From: a virus
Direction: 5' to 3' (one strand)
Virus record (IMG/VR): IMGVR_UViG_3300020182_000022
Coordinates: 1 to 64,000 of that record
Length of the DNA: 64,000 nucleotides
Below the pieces are notes generated by a model. It was not told the DNA's origin and searched no databases. It saw only the letters and a program-made list of their open reading frames with translations. Shown here one piece after another: positions 20,649-30,702 of the stretch; within the stretch, counting starts at the first letter, position 1, and the number at the start of each line of letters is the position of its first letter. The position numbers were made by a program, and so were the translations under genes.

Positions 20649-22454
20649 TTAACTCTCTATAATTATCTTCTTGTATAGATTGAATGCATCGTGTAAATAT
20701 GGATATTTGTAGTAGGGTAATTTATAGTTTTGGTTCATTATTACTATGTCATTATCATATACAGGGTTCCATATACATAAACTTAACCCAGGTAATGTTA
20801 GTGATAGGTCCGTACGTGAAGTAGATATCGACTCAACACCTTGTATGTTTTGTATTAACGAACCGATTGTGTTTACTTCAATTAATTGTCCTAGCTCCAT
20901 CTTAGTGTTCATAAAATACACAGCTATCGTGTCTGCTACTTCCTGTATAATTGCTGAATCTTCTCTTATGATCCCAGGTGTTTTTTGTATAACTAATTGA
21001 GTGTTATCTGATATCTCCGGTGTTACTACTTCTTGTCCTGTGGTGAGTCCTAAATTAACACCAACAAATACAGGATCCATTAGAACAATCTCTTGGGATA
21101 TCATTTTCTTCTTGTTGATGTCATTTAATATTAGCTCTTTCATTGATGGAGATATAAAGTTAGTCATAACAGATGCAGTTGTTGCTGCTGGCATAGACGG
21201 CACGCAGTATATGTATACATTATTGAATGTAGTTGATGTTGAAACTTGCATGTGATTGAACATCACTCTGCTCTCTTTATTGGGATATGAGATACCTACA
21301 TCCTCGCTGAGATATCTCATATGACCATCGATATAAGTTGTGTTGTCGACAACTTTAGATGATGTCAGTAAATTGCCGTAGCCTCTTTCTATATATGACT
21401 CATAATCGATTGCTGTTACTAGTCGATCTTGATTGGATAGATTTAATGGTGCTTTACGTTTTATTTCATCGACTGTCTCGCGTTGTTGTGGTATGGTACT
21501 GGGTTGAGTATTCGTAAATGACATTGTCTCGATGTTATCAAATGTTATATATTTGATATTTTCGGGTTTGATATCAGTCTTAATGGCATTGAATATATTA
21601 CTACCATAGAGTGTCATCTTGAGCTCATCCAAGAAGTTCGCTCCTACTTGCCCTGCTTCTCCAGTAGACTCAAGATAATACACCCATACTTCGTCTCCTG
21701 AGTTTAACTTAGCGCCAGTGACATCATCACCAAACTTTAATTCATATATTTCATTCTCATTTAACCTTTTCTCAAAAACTCGATCAGTGGGGGTTGCTAA
21801 ATACATTGATGTTGTTTCAGTATACTGGTAATATTTTCCGGAATCAAAGTCCTTAACATACACGTGAATGTGAAAGTGATCTAGTTTTGTTTTCTCTTCT
21901 ATTGTATTTACATACACCGTCTCGAAGTCTTGACCAGTTGATTGTTGACCGGGAAGTTCAACCCATTTACCTTGATATAGTAGATGCTTTTCTCCTATAA
22001 TTGGTATGGGTTCATCACTGGGGGAATTTTTTGTAAATGATATATCAGCGTCGGTTGAGTAGTATGTATCGTTCGAGCTGATGAATGAGTACCTAGGTAT
22101 AGTATATGTACCAGGGATAAGGTCTTCAGTAGCGAATGCATCGAAACTAAGATTACTAGTTTGATACCCGACAGGGTTATAGTTCAACATTTTAACTATA
22201 CGGTTTACGTTTTCATATATAGTAGACTCGGTGAACATACTCTCAGTTGATGTTCTGTTGAGATAATATAGTAATGTATGGAAGCTATATGCAATCACAT
22301 CAATAAACGATGACATGTTACTACCTCTGTATACCTGATCTGTGAAGGTTCCTTGTTCTGTTAGTCTGTTTATTATGAAATCTCTAAGACTTGTAGCATC
22401 GAAAGATGTATATGCTTTATCAGGTAAACTATATTCTGTATATTTATCGGTCAT
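20649..22454 (-). CDS. 6: Baseplate wedge subunit (T4 gp6-like)
   Basis: Contains 'FTDQVYRGSNMSSFIDVIAY', 'YELKFGDDVTG' and 'ETVDEIKRKAP...QDRLVTAIDY'. Confidence 0.88.
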   Translation of the reverse strand: MTDKYTEYSLPDKAYTSFDATSLRDFIINRLTEQGTFTDQVYRGSNMSSFIDVIAYSFHTLLYYLNRTSTESMFTESTIYENVNRIVKMLNYNPVGYQTSNLSFDAFATEDLIPGTYTIPRYSFISSNDTYYSTDADISFTKNSPSDEPIPIIGEKHLLYQGKWVELPGQQSTGQDFETVYVNTIEEKTKLDHFHIHVYVKDFDSGKYYQYTETTSMYLATPTDRVFEKRLNENEIYELKFGDDVTGAKLNSGDEVWVYYLESTGEAGQVGANFLDELKMTLYGSNIFNAIKTDIKPENIKYITFDNIETMSFTNTQPSTIPQQRETVDEIKRKAPLNLSNQDRLVTAIDYESYIERGYGNLLTSSKVVDNTTYIDGHMRYLSEDVGISYPNKESRVMFNHMQVSTSTTFNNVYIYCVPSMPAATTASVMTNFISPSMKELILNDINKKKMISQEIVLMDPVFVGVNLGLTTGQEVVTPEISDNTQLVIQKTPGIIREDSAIIQEVADTIAVYFMNTKMELGQLIEVNTIGSLIQNIQGVESISTSRTDLSLTLPGLSLCIWNPVYDNDIVIMNQNYKLPYYKYPYLHDAFNLYKKIIIES

Positions 22455-22455
22455 T

Positions 22456-22950
22456 TTAGCTGGTTGAGTTCGTCAGGAAGTTAAACCCGGGTTGGTTAAG
22501 GATTGCTTCATATGTCTTATCTATTATATTTAATGAGGGGATGGTGAGAACCAACTTTAAATCGTATTGATTTCTCTCGGCATCCATATTAACTGTTATA
22601 TTCTTCACACTTACACGTGGTTCAAATTTCTCAATACCCTCAACAATTGCTTCTCCGATTTCTTGAGCTATAAACTCATCAACCGGCTCAAATAACCATT
22701 TAGTTAAATTTAGACCAAACGTCGGATCTAAAATTTTTTCTCCGGGATTGGTGGTGAAGATGTTTCTCAAGCTATTCATTATCGCTCCTTCATCGATCGA
22801 TGTTTGTAAGTCTAGTCGTGTTACCTTACCATATAGAGAAGACGTTACAGGTCTCTCATCCTCTGTCAAATCTAGGTGTAGATCTCGGTATGTAGTTCTA
22901 CGTTCTGTTTGAGTCGATCGACTCGCTACTCTGCTTACTTTAATGGCCAT
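22456..22950 (-). CDS. 25: Baseplate wedge subunit (T4 gp25-like)
   Basis: Contains 'AIMNSLRNIFTTNPGEKILDPTFG..L...LFEP' and 'IEKFEPRV'. Confidence 0.92.
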   Translation of the reverse strand: MAIKVSRVASRSTQTERRTTYRDLHLDLTEDERPVTSSLYGKVTRLDLQTSIDEGAIMNSLRNIFTTNPGEKILDPTFGLNLTKWLFEPVDEFIAQEIGEAIVEGIEKFEPRVSVKNITVNMDAERNQYDLKLVLTIPSLNIIDKTYEAILNQPGFNFLTNSTS

Positions 22951-22957
22951 ACATAGA

Positions 22958-22965
22958 TATTTATA
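22958..22965 (-). promoter_or_regulatory. T4-type late promoter TATAAATA
   Basis: Perfect consensus 7 nt before ATG 22950. Confidence 0.75.
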
Positions 22966-23005
22966 CTGAGGTTATTGGAGCCGCTAGGAAAATCGTTGGG
23001 GTAAC

Positions 23006-23012
23006 ATAAATA
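23006..23012 (+). promoter_or_regulatory. Late-type promoter motif ATAAATA
   Basis: 6 nt before ATG 23019, divergent from the gp25 promoter. Confidence 0.6.
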
Positions 23013-23018
23013 ATTAAT

Positions 23019-23621
23019 ATGAAAAGCAAGTTTGATGTAATTTTTGAAAATAACTTCTCTAGATTTCAAGGTGGTGGGTATCTCACAGGGGATATCATTA
23101 AGCTCAAGAAAGGCTGGGAGAAGAACGATTGGTGCAAGGAAGCTCCGGAGCAAACGATAGACATGCTCAAGGCGTTTGATGCAGAAGATCTTATCTTAAG
23201 AGTCAGTACAGTCAAGACTTTAAGACCAGCGGTTAATTCGAGTGTGGATGCTGCTGCTGGAGTTGATGGATTTCATATTGATGTGACACAAGAGACAGCT
23301 CCTGGTAGATACACTGGTGCTTTTATCACAGTACCACATCAATTAATCGAACTAGATGGACCTAATGACAAGCTTCCGGATATTCCAGACTCAATGAAGA
23401 GGGATGAGAAGATTTCAGTTAAACCTAAATCACTAGAGGAAGACCAAGCAGAGAATAACCCGAACGGTATTACATCTGATACAGAGAATGACCCGGGGAT
23501 GACCAATCCATTGAAGCAAACTGGAATGGATGACAAATTTAACAGGCGTTTACATGACAAGGATATCAAGCAACCTAAAGCGATTGCTGCAACATCATAT
23601 ACCGCTGGATATCTAGGATAA
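23019..23621 (+). CDS. Hypothetical late protein (200 aa)
   Basis: Clean ORF preceded by a late motif. No family recognised. Confidence 0.7.
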   Translation: MKSKFDVIFENNFSRFQGGGYLTGDIIKLKKGWEKNDWCKEAPEQTIDMLKAFDAEDLILRVSTVKTLRPAVNSSVDAAAGVDGFHIDVTQETAPGRYTGAFITVPHQLIELDGPNDKLPDIPDSMKRDEKISVKPKSLEEDQAENNPNGITSDTENDPGMTNPLKQTGMDDKFNRRLHDKDIKQPKAIAATSYTAGYLG

Positions 23622-23630
23622 AATTTTATT

Positions 23631-23831
23631 ATGGCAATGAACATTAAAGGACAAGGGATCACATCCAAGAAGGAGAGCCCAAAAGTAACAGCTAAACCAA
23701 CTCGCGCTAAAGATGAAGAAGGTAAGTTTATCGGAGATGATAAATCAACACCAGATATTAACGAAGCATGGGATGGTGGATATGCTCCTAAGAAGAAGAG
23801 CAAAAAGTCTAAGTCCTCTAAGTCTAAGTAA
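23631..23831 (+). CDS. Small basic hypothetical protein
   Basis: 66 aa, Lys-rich, with 'RAKDEEGKFIGDDKSTPDINEAW', a motif seen in small phage proteins. Confidence 0.65.
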   Translation: MAMNIKGQGITSKKESPKVTAKPTRAKDEEGKFIGDDKSTPDINEAWDGGYAPKKKSKKSKSSKSK

Positions 23832-24741
23832 GAGCTAACAAGCAACTAAAGAAGTTAATCTCCGGATCAACCACGAATGTTGATCTGTACAGATGTTCAG
23901 CCACTACTATCAAGTGCTCTGATTTCTTTATATCAGGGGTGTTGGATTCATGTATACAGTTAAACAAGGCTCGTAGTAACTCTACATAATCACCATTGAA
24001 CACATGTTCATTCTCTATAACCTTTTTACGGGCTTTGATTGCTAGTCCTTCCTTGGCGATCTTATATATGTTCTCTACGAACTTATCTTTAACCTTGACT
24101 AGATTGTCAAACTCGATTTTACCATCAATACAATTCTTCTGGATCTCGTTTATACATTTACGTAGATCAGGATAACATGTCTTGACAAATTCATCTAGAC
24201 GGTCGATATCACTTTCCAGTACCGAGATGTTCTCGAGTTTGAGTATCTGCTTGATTCTATCAGAGCATCCTGAGAGTGACGGTGTTAGATCGAATGATTG
24301 GCAGCGGCTCTGTAGAGGTGGTATGATTCTGTGATTGTAATTAGCAGTTAGTATGAATCTAGTCAATCCGGCATGATCTTCCATTGTGTTACGTAGAGCT
24401 CGTTGAGCGTCTAAGCTCAATCCATCAGTCTCATCTAATATAATACATTTGATAGTACCATCAAAGCTTTTGGTCCTTGAGAAATTAGTAACCTTGGTAC
24501 GGATCATGTCTATACCGTTCTCGTCACTAGCATTGATATACAAGTACTGACATTCTAACATTGAGTTGCATATGATCTTAGCTAAGCTAGTTTTGCCTAT
24601 ACCAGCTGATCCAGAGAAGAGTAAGTTAGGAATCTCGCGAGCTTTGTCGAACTTCTCAAAGCATCTCCGGTTGGCGTCACTCAACACCATTGATCCTAGA
24701 TCACTAGGTCTGTATTTCTCGACCCAGAGATTATCAAACAT
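23824..24741 (-). CDS. 44: Clamp loader large subunit (T4 gp44 / RFC-like AAA+)
   Basis: Contains 'LWVEKYRP', Walker A GSAGIGKT, 'INASDENG', Walker B 'ILDETD' and the SRC motif. Confidence 0.95.
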   Translation of the reverse strand: MFDNLWVEKYRPSDLGSMVLSDANRRCFEKFDKAREIPNLLFSGSAGIGKTSLAKIICNSMLECQYLYINASDENGIDMIRTKVTNFSRTKSFDGTIKCIILDETDGLSLDAQRALRNTMEDHAGLTRFILTANYNHRIIPPLQSRCQSFDLTPSLSGCSDRIKQILKLENISVLESDIDRLDEFVKTCYPDLRKCINEIQKNCIDGKIEFDNLVKVKDKFVENIYKIAKEGLAIKARKKVIENEHVFNGDYVELLRALFNCIHESNTPDIKKSEHLIVVAEHLYRSTFVVDPEINFFSCLLALT

Positions 24742-25372
24742 CTTTACCAGCCTCTTTCATCTTGTATAGCATATAATCCTTATCTGATTGCTGTGTTGAT
24801 TGAAGTATAGTATGACAATCGGTATATACCCAGAAAGGGTCACCTTTATCGAGTTTAGGATAAACGCTACGGTCACAATCAGGTAGAGCATGGGATGATG
24901 TTGTGTCACTGCTACCAAATCCTTTATCACCCCGGGCAGTCTCTGTTATCTCGTCAGTAAACTCAAAGATCGGTTGTAACAATGGATATACTACCAATTG
25001 TGCAATCTTATCCCCTGATCGAACACGATATTCCTTGTCAGTACTAAAATTATACAACTTCACACCTAAATCTCCTCGATATCCGTTATCAATAACACCT
25101 AGATGTGGTTGAATGTTGTGCTTGAATCCTAAACCACTTCTAGGCTCGATTCTGAACCAATATCCAGGTGATATATCAGCGACCGTTAGTCCGACTGGTA
25201 TCACTTGACTGCCCATTGGCGGGATAACTTTATTCTCAACTGATACCAGATCATATCCAGAGTCTCCAGTGCCTGGTTCCTTGTTATTTGCAGTGGGTAG
25301 TACAGCATCAGCATGCGTCTTTTTAATTTTAATAACCGGGTCGTGTAGCGGTCTAATTCTCATCGAGCTCAT
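24734..25372 (-). CDS. dut: Trimeric dUTPase with a C-terminal extension
   Basis: Motifs SGYDL, PRSGLG, GVIDNGYRG, GDKIAQL and RGDKGFGSS, followed by about 55 extra residues. Confidence 0.93.
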   Translation of the reverse strand: MSSMRIRPLHDPVIKIKKTHADAVLPTANNKEPGTGDSGYDLVSVENKVIPPMGSQVIPVGLTVADISPGYWFRIEPRSGLGFKHNIQPHLGVIDNGYRGDLGVKLYNFSTDKEYRVRSGDKIAQLVVYPLLQPIFEFTDEITETARGDKGFGSSDTTSSHALPDCDRSVYPKLDKGDPFWVYTDCHTILQSTQQSDKDYMLYKMKEAGKDV

Positions 25373-25374
25373 TA

Positions 25375-25521
25375 TTATCCGTTTAAAAGAGTGTCTCCTG
25401 GGCGAGTATTAGATGAGCCTTCTACTGGCATTGAGTTGTTTGTCAACCATGTTAATAATTCGTTTAACTTGTTCGCAGGGATCGCAAATGATCCGTGACC
25501 TTGTATGTTTACTGTTACCAT
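25375..25521 (-). CDS. Small hypothetical protein (48 aa, MVTVNIQGHG...)
   Basis: Start reassigned to ATG 25521, which lies 6 nt downstream of a near-consensus sigma70 promoter. Confidence 0.6.
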   Translation of the reverse strand: MVTVNIQGHGSFAIPANKLNELLTWLTNNSMPVEGSSNTRPGDTLLNG

Positions 25522-25527
25522 ATGTGT

Positions 25528-25556
25528 ATTATACGGTCTGTCACTGTATAAGTCAA
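25528..25556 (-). promoter_or_regulatory. Sigma70-type promoter TTGACT-N17-TATAAT
   Basis: Near-consensus -35/-10 with 17-nt spacer. Would drive small ORF-dut-gp44. Confidence 0.8.
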
Positions 25557-25564
25557 CTTTATTG

Positions 25565-25572
25565 TATAAATA
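25565..25572 (+). promoter_or_regulatory. T4-type late promoter TATAAATA
   Basis: Perfect consensus 5 nt before ATG 25578. Confidence 0.75.
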
Positions 25573-25577
25573 CCTAT

Positions 25578-26045
25578 ATGAGTGAGGAGAGCGATCGAGA
25601 GAATACAGTAAAAACACTAGTTGACCAGCTACGTGAAGGTAACACGCTTGCGAAAAAGGTGCAAAAAGCTGATTTTAATTTAGATCCTGCTGACTTGGAG
25701 CAGTTTATATTGAATAACTCAGGGAGATTGATACAGGATAGTATGGACACTATAGATAATATAAAACAATTCATTATCAGTGCTCCTGAACCAGAAGATG
25801 TTCATTCATTAGCGGAATTATATAAAGCAAGCACTGGTGCTCTTGAGACTCTCAACAAGATATTCCTACAACAGAAGAAATCAGAGACTACTATCAAGGT
25901 AAAGACAATGGACATTCAATCCAAAACTCAATTAGCAGAACACAAACAAGAAAATCTAACGTTCACAAGAGAAGAGATTTTCGAACAACTGCTCAATTCA
26001 GGTAAAGTTATAGAAGCTGAGATTTCAGAAGAAGAAGATCTGTAA
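25578..26045 (+). CDS. Putative terminase small subunit (gp16-like)
   Basis: Start reassigned to ATG 25578 (MSEESDRE). Helical 'PEDVHSLAELYKASTGALETLNKI...QKK...TREEIFEQLL' pattern recalls T4-like gp16, and it has a late promoter. Confidence 0.45.
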   Translation: MSEESDRENTVKTLVDQLREGNTLAKKVQKADFNLDPADLEQFILNNSGRLIQDSMDTIDNIKQFIISAPEPEDVHSLAELYKASTGALETLNKIFLQQKKSETTIKVKTMDIQSKTQLAEHKQENLTFTREEIFEQLLNSGKVIEAEISEEEDL

Positions 26046-27335
26046 TCATTCTTCTGTCACGCCAGGCACACCTAACACTTGAGCGTTTGTGTATGTCTGT
26101 TGTAATCTTGTTGGTCTTCCAAACTTAGGTTCAATTATCTCTCCTTTGGTCGCGGAGTATTTCTTTATCTTGTTCTTGAGAAGATCAACAGCATGGGTAA
26201 ATTCCTCAACCTTGAGTGATATTTGAGCTGGTTTGCCTTGAACCATTATGTTTTCACGGTTGCTTATCAACTCAAGTACCTTCCACAATCCTTTCAAGTG
26301 ATCCTGTATTGCTTTGTGTACAGTCTCTATGAATATGATCATGCGAGTGTTGTGTGGGTAATCGCTAACGAAATCCTGACCATGGCTGGTCTTGTTATGA
26401 TCGAGAGGTGTCATTATTGATGTGATTGTCTCGTCTCTTGATGGATCTTCGATCATCTGCTTTAAATTTTTACGATAAACTTTATTTGTCTCCTTTGATA
26501 GGTCATTTATCAGTTGTTTTGAATCTTCACTGGCGCAATACAGTGCGACACTCGAAGTAGTGGATGGTATCGAGTGATTTGGGATTGCTTCAACATTATC
26601 ATCATATATGGGTAGTGTTGATGTGTCTTCATACATGCTTAGGTTTTTTAACTGACCAACACTCTCACTAAAATCAACGAAATACTCATTATCATCACCT
26701 AATAATTCAAGAAGATCGCGCTTTACCACTTCATGTGCAGTACGGAATTTCTCAATCCACCATGATACAAACCAAGCGCTCATATCTTTCATTCCAAACG
26801 CGCTTTCTAGCTCTATATCGGTGTATTGACCTTCTAATGGAGGTACGATGATTTCTTGTTTCTTATCGGATACAATATTCGTTACACTCCACTCAGCGTT
26901 TGCATCTGAGTGCGTTTGGTCAGGTGACAGTGGTTTCCATTCTTTATCATATCCTTTATTCACTATATCGACATTATTACCAGAAATAACAGGCTCACCA
27001 TATATACCACCTGTTGATGTACTCAAGTGTGAGTTGTCACTCAACTGATCTCGTATATTCTTGTTTCTGATATTAGCAGGTGATGTCTTGTCCTTGACTA
27101 TACCATCGTTATTGTCCTTTAACTTGATTGTACCGTCATTTAGTTTTTTAAAAAAGTCTATTTTACTTGTGATAGGGTCACTATGACTGTCAGTATGCCA
27201 ATACAGGCTGTTCATTGCAGTTTCACTAGGAAAAGCAGTCAACAGGCTTGTGTAGTCAGATAAACGCTTTTGAAGGTCAGATGAACTAACTAAGTTTATG
27301 TCTATAATGAAGGGATCTAGTGTCTGTATCGCCAT
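26046..27335 (-). CDS. Hypothetical protein in the baseplate hub operon (429 aa)
   Basis: Long ORF starting 1 nt after the gp27-like stop codon. Confidence 0.6.
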   Translation of the reverse strand: MAIQTLDPFIIDINLVSSSDLQKRLSDYTSLLTAFPSETAMNSLYWHTDSHSDPITSKIDFFKKLNDGTIKLKDNNDGIVKDKTSPANIRNKNIRDQLSDNSHLSTSTGGIYGEPVISGNNVDIVNKGYDKEWKPLSPDQTHSDANAEWSVTNIVSDKKQEIIVPPLEGQYTDIELESAFGMKDMSAWFVSWWIEKFRTAHEVVKRDLLELLGDDNEYFVDFSESVGQLKNLSMYEDTSTLPIYDDNVEAIPNHSIPSTTSSVALYCASEDSKQLINDLSKETNKVYRKNLKQMIEDPSRDETITSIMTPLDHNKTSHGQDFVSDYPHNTRMIIFIETVHKAIQDHLKGLWKVLELISNRENIMVQGKPAQISLKVEEFTHAVDLLKNKIKKYSATKGEIIEPKFGRPTRLQQTYTNAQVLGVPGVTEE

Positions 27336-27336
27336 A

Positions 27337-28983
27337 TTATAATGTGTTTGTATTCTTCATGAACAGGTCATTAGTGTCGAATTTTACATCCTTGTAGAAG
27401 AAGGGCTTGACACCCATTATGTTATTTGTGTACGCGCCAGATGAATCAATCCGGTGAGTTACTCGAGTCACGAAATATTGTCCTAGTATTTTCATATCAT
27501 ATTCATTCTCTATATAGTTGTTGTCCCTGTCCAATGATATCCATACTCCAGCTCTCCGAGATGTATCACCTCGAACATCAAACTGTATGGTGTTGCCTAA
27601 TAGAAACGCTGCCAATAAGATTTTGTTTCTAGATTCAGTGAATGACAAGCTGCTATCTGATGTCCAGGAACTACTAACCCGGAAGTTGAAGTTCTCGGCC
27701 CTAGATGTATCAGACAACCAGCTCGTAAACCCATGACCACCGATACCTCCGAATGTATGGTTAATATACAGTCGTTGAAATTGCTCTTGTAAGGTCCTAA
27801 CATTACCGGACGCTAGGTCAACGTTAAATGTTTTAGTTCTCTCATTATATCGGTGTGTGATTACACTGTTTAACATTTCTTGACAGTCAACTCCGTTCAT
27901 CTCGGAGAAAATATAATCATCGATGACTGATAGATCTGGGTAATGATAGTTTATTGCAGCATTCCGGAATTCCTTACCAAATGTCTTTCTTTCTGGCGGT
28001 ATACCAGTCGATATAGCCTCTGACCCGCTACTCAATAGAAAATACTCAGATTGGTATTCTCCTGGGCCAAACCCTCTTTTACTTCTCGCAAAATATTCTG
28101 TTATAGGTAATAATTCCCATCTCTCGGTATATCGTTGTAATCGTAATAAGCACGGTTGATGTTCGTGGTTGGCATCACTGACGTGTCTGTCGAGGATATA
28201 GTTCAAGTCATCAATGGCTTTAAAATTTGAAGGGCTGGTGTAGTGTAGCTTTGGACCTCCGGCGTTCCAGTGATACGAGAACATATTCTTAGTATCACTT
28301 TCTAATAACGAGCTCCGGAGGATATCCTGGACTATCTCACCGGTTGGTTTACCTCTCTGATCATTATTCATTCTAGATACCGGGTACTTCGATAAACCAT
28401 GAGCACCGGTGGATTGGAGGAACTTTGCGGTACTGTAGTATATATTCTTTTCTCGAAGCATCTGGTACCTGTAGTCATGGAAGTATAATTTCTGTTTCTT
28501 ATACATTCGACCTTTTTCAGATATTATATCCTCGCTAGCATATACCGAAAATAAAAACTTCATGGTATGAATCACACTATTTAGGAATGTAGGAATTCCC
28601 TTGTTTATCTCCCCGGAATCTAGATGAGGTTCGAATGTCAATAGTAGTAAGTCTCTACAATCGCTCCTAAACCGATATGGTACGGTAGGAACTCTAGAAC
28701 CATCCGGAGCGTCAGACAACAATACAGATTCAGACCTCTCTATAATATCATCAGGGTTTAGAAACGTAACATTACCTTGATGAAACCAGTCTAATACATT
28801 ATCTTCGATATACAGGTCGTCTATCGATCCTTTTCTAATTTTAATCGCCTGTCCGTCTTGATTTAATAAATATAAACTAAACTTGTATCGCCTGTCATCA
28901 AATTGCTCTATCTTAGCATTATTATCATGATCTAGACCTAGAGCGTTGACCCAACTCTCTATAAACTCAATATTACCTGCCAT
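27337..28983 (-). CDS. Baseplate hub protein (gp27/GpD-like)
   Basis: C-terminal 'IQFDVRGDTSRRAG..ISL...LGQYFVTRVTHRI' is typical of hub proteins. Lies next to gp53. Confidence 0.65.
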   Translation of the reverse strand: MAGNIEFIESWVNALGLDHDNNAKIEQFDDRRYKFSLYLLNQDGQAIKIRKGSIDDLYIEDNVLDWFHQGNVTFLNPDDIIERSESVLLSDAPDGSRVPTVPYRFRSDCRDLLLLTFEPHLDSGEINKGIPTFLNSVIHTMKFLFSVYASEDIISEKGRMYKKQKLYFHDYRYQMLREKNIYYSTAKFLQSTGAHGLSKYPVSRMNNDQRGKPTGEIVQDILRSSLLESDTKNMFSYHWNAGGPKLHYTSPSNFKAIDDLNYILDRHVSDANHEHQPCLLRLQRYTERWELLPITEYFARSKRGFGPGEYQSEYFLLSSGSEAISTGIPPERKTFGKEFRNAAINYHYPDLSVIDDYIFSEMNGVDCQEMLNSVITHRYNERTKTFNVDLASGNVRTLQEQFQRLYINHTFGGIGGHGFTSWLSDTSRAENFNFRVSSSWTSDSSLSFTESRNKILLAAFLLGNTIQFDVRGDTSRRAGVWISLDRDNNYIENEYDMKILGQYFVTRVTHRIDSSGAYTNNIMGVKPFFYKDVKFDTNDLFMKNTNTL

Positions 28984-28984
28984 A

Positions 28985-29365
28985 TTATAGTGTTTTCTTT
29001 ATATCATCGATAATAGTTCTAATCATCGATGGAGTTGGTACCATGAGAGCTGTCCCGGGGGACAGTGGTGTGAATGTATCGTCTATCCTGTTGTAAGCTG
29101 CTATAATCCACCATAAATCTATTCTATTATAAAATTTATACGAAATCAACGTCCATGTTTCATTAGGCTTGGTATTATACTTGGTGTATGTGGAGGGGGA
29201 TATGTTGTCAGGAAAATCGACCCTATTTAGTATATTATAATAAAAGTGCTTAGATCCATGCTGTTTATATACGTTAAATATACGTTCCATTGCGAATGAA
29301 CTATCACTATTTAATTGTAATAATGACTGTACTTCAAATTTATTGTATTTCGTGGGTTCAATCAC
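28985..29365 (-). CDS. 53: Baseplate wedge protein (gp53-like, LysM-like)
   Basis: Contains 'ETWTLISYKFYNRIDLWWIIAAYNRI...L.PGT.L.VP'. Confidence 0.8.
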   Translation of the reverse strand: MIEPTKYNKFEVQSLLQLNSDSSFAMERIFNVYKQHGSKHFYYNILNRVDFPDNISPSTYTKYNTKPNETWTLISYKFYNRIDLWWIIAAYNRIDDTFTPLSPGTALMVPTPSMIRTIIDDIKKTL

Positions 29366-29366
29366 T

Positions 29367-30701
29367 TTAGTATTGGTTGTTGGTTACTTTTATCTTGTCG
29401 CTCATGCTCTCTTTTACCATATGATACATAAAGTTTTGTGTCTCTGAAAATAGCTCTGTAATTGTTATCGTCAACATGTATGCATCCGGGATTACTGTTG
29501 TTATCTTTCGTTTTTGTAATAACCAGTTACTCTCTGACTTACCGTCTGCAGAGCCATCCTCCGCGGAGGTTAAGTATGGAACTGGCATGTCCATCTCTCT
29601 ACGACCACCTACAAAGTCAACCTGCATGTTTGTTATACTTGCATACTTACTATACCATACCCCGGGGATTTTCGCTTCATATATACAGGGCGGATCGATC
29701 AAATCTCTAGTTATTCGATTAGGTGTATTTTGATATGTTAACAGGTAGATGAATTGCCAATTCCGGATGATTTCCGTGAAGCTCTTAGTATTGAATAATG
29801 GGAACTTAACAGTGTATGATCGTTCTCTGCCATCGAATGTGAATCCCTTCGGTTGTTCGATCATCCGGCCAGGGGCCATTACTTTCTTTGCTGAGATATC
29901 GCTTAATGCTTCTGCTGCTATAGATGTTACATCTGTCATGAAGCCTCCTTCAGCGGCCGATCCGAATCCTCCGGATTTTTGTATATATGCATCTTCCATG
30001 TACGGGAATGTGTACTTAAATTTAGTAGGTGTTACTGTATATAGCATAGAGTATGGATTTAGCGGATTAGCATAACCACTATCAGTACCTTCTAACGCTT
30101 TAATTGCTCCGGCTCCAATAGATTCTGTTATCTTTTTATTTATATTCTCTGATATTGTAGTTTTATTTGCAGTGAAGTTACCTTTTTCATCTTTAGCTAG
30201 ACCGGCGAGTAAATTGGCTGCATTAGCGCCCTGTTGAACTAAGCCGGTTCCGGTCTGGACAGCAACACCGACGTTATTCATCACTTGATTTAACATTGGA
30301 TTTGTTAATATTCTATATTCCTTCAACATTAACATTGGTACCTCACGTCGAGAGTGAGTTGGAGATTCTGTCCAGTGGTGTACGTCTCTAATGTTCACAT
30401 GAGTCGATGGACCAGCGGCATCATTCATATGATCTCCTACTGTCGGGTCTCTCGATTCAGAAGCCGGGGACAATCTAGGTGCTGGTCCGTACCCAGCGAT
30501 TTTCCCAGGGGCGCCACCAGACGCGCTTCCTTTTTTTGGTGGTAACATCTTCCAGTAGAATTTTGCCCCGGCCGGGATAAGAGTCTCACCCCAGGCGTTA
30601 CTAGACTCATCAATCTTCGTACGACCTTGTCCTGATGCGTCAGCTGCTTTTTCGGCCGCGGTGTTTGATGTGTTTTTATCTGGTAAGTCTGGATTTGCCA
30701 T
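29367..30701 (-). CDS. Baseplate tail-tube cap/initiator-like protein (gp48-like)
   Basis: Tube-like fold elements 'RSYTVKFPLFN', 'PPCIYEAKIPG', 'ITNMQVDF' and 'LTITITEL'. Sits between tape measure and gp53. Confidence 0.5.
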   Translation of the reverse strand: MANPDLPDKNTSNTAAEKAADASGQGRTKIDESSNAWGETLIPAGAKFYWKMLPPKKGSASGGAPGKIAGYGPAPRLSPASESRDPTVGDHMNDAAGPSTHVNIRDVHHWTESPTHSRREVPMLMLKEYRILTNPMLNQVMNNVGVAVQTGTGLVQQGANAANLLAGLAKDEKGNFTANKTTISENINKKITESIGAGAIKALEGTDSGYANPLNPYSMLYTVTPTKFKYTFPYMEDAYIQKSGGFGSAAEGGFMTDVTSIAAEALSDISAKKVMAPGRMIEQPKGFTFDGRERSYTVKFPLFNTKSFTEIIRNWQFIYLLTYQNTPNRITRDLIDPPCIYEAKIPGVWYSKYASITNMQVDFVGGRREMDMPVPYLTSAEDGSADGKSESNWLLQKRKITTVIPDAYMLTITITELFSETQNFMYHMVKESMSDKIKVTNNQY

Positions 30702-30702
30702 A

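Noticed and set aside
25413-25617. Long N-terminal extensions of the ORFs at 25413 (+) and 25617 (-)
   Set aside because: The extensions run through the divergent promoter region. Promoter positions indicate starts at 25578 and 25521.
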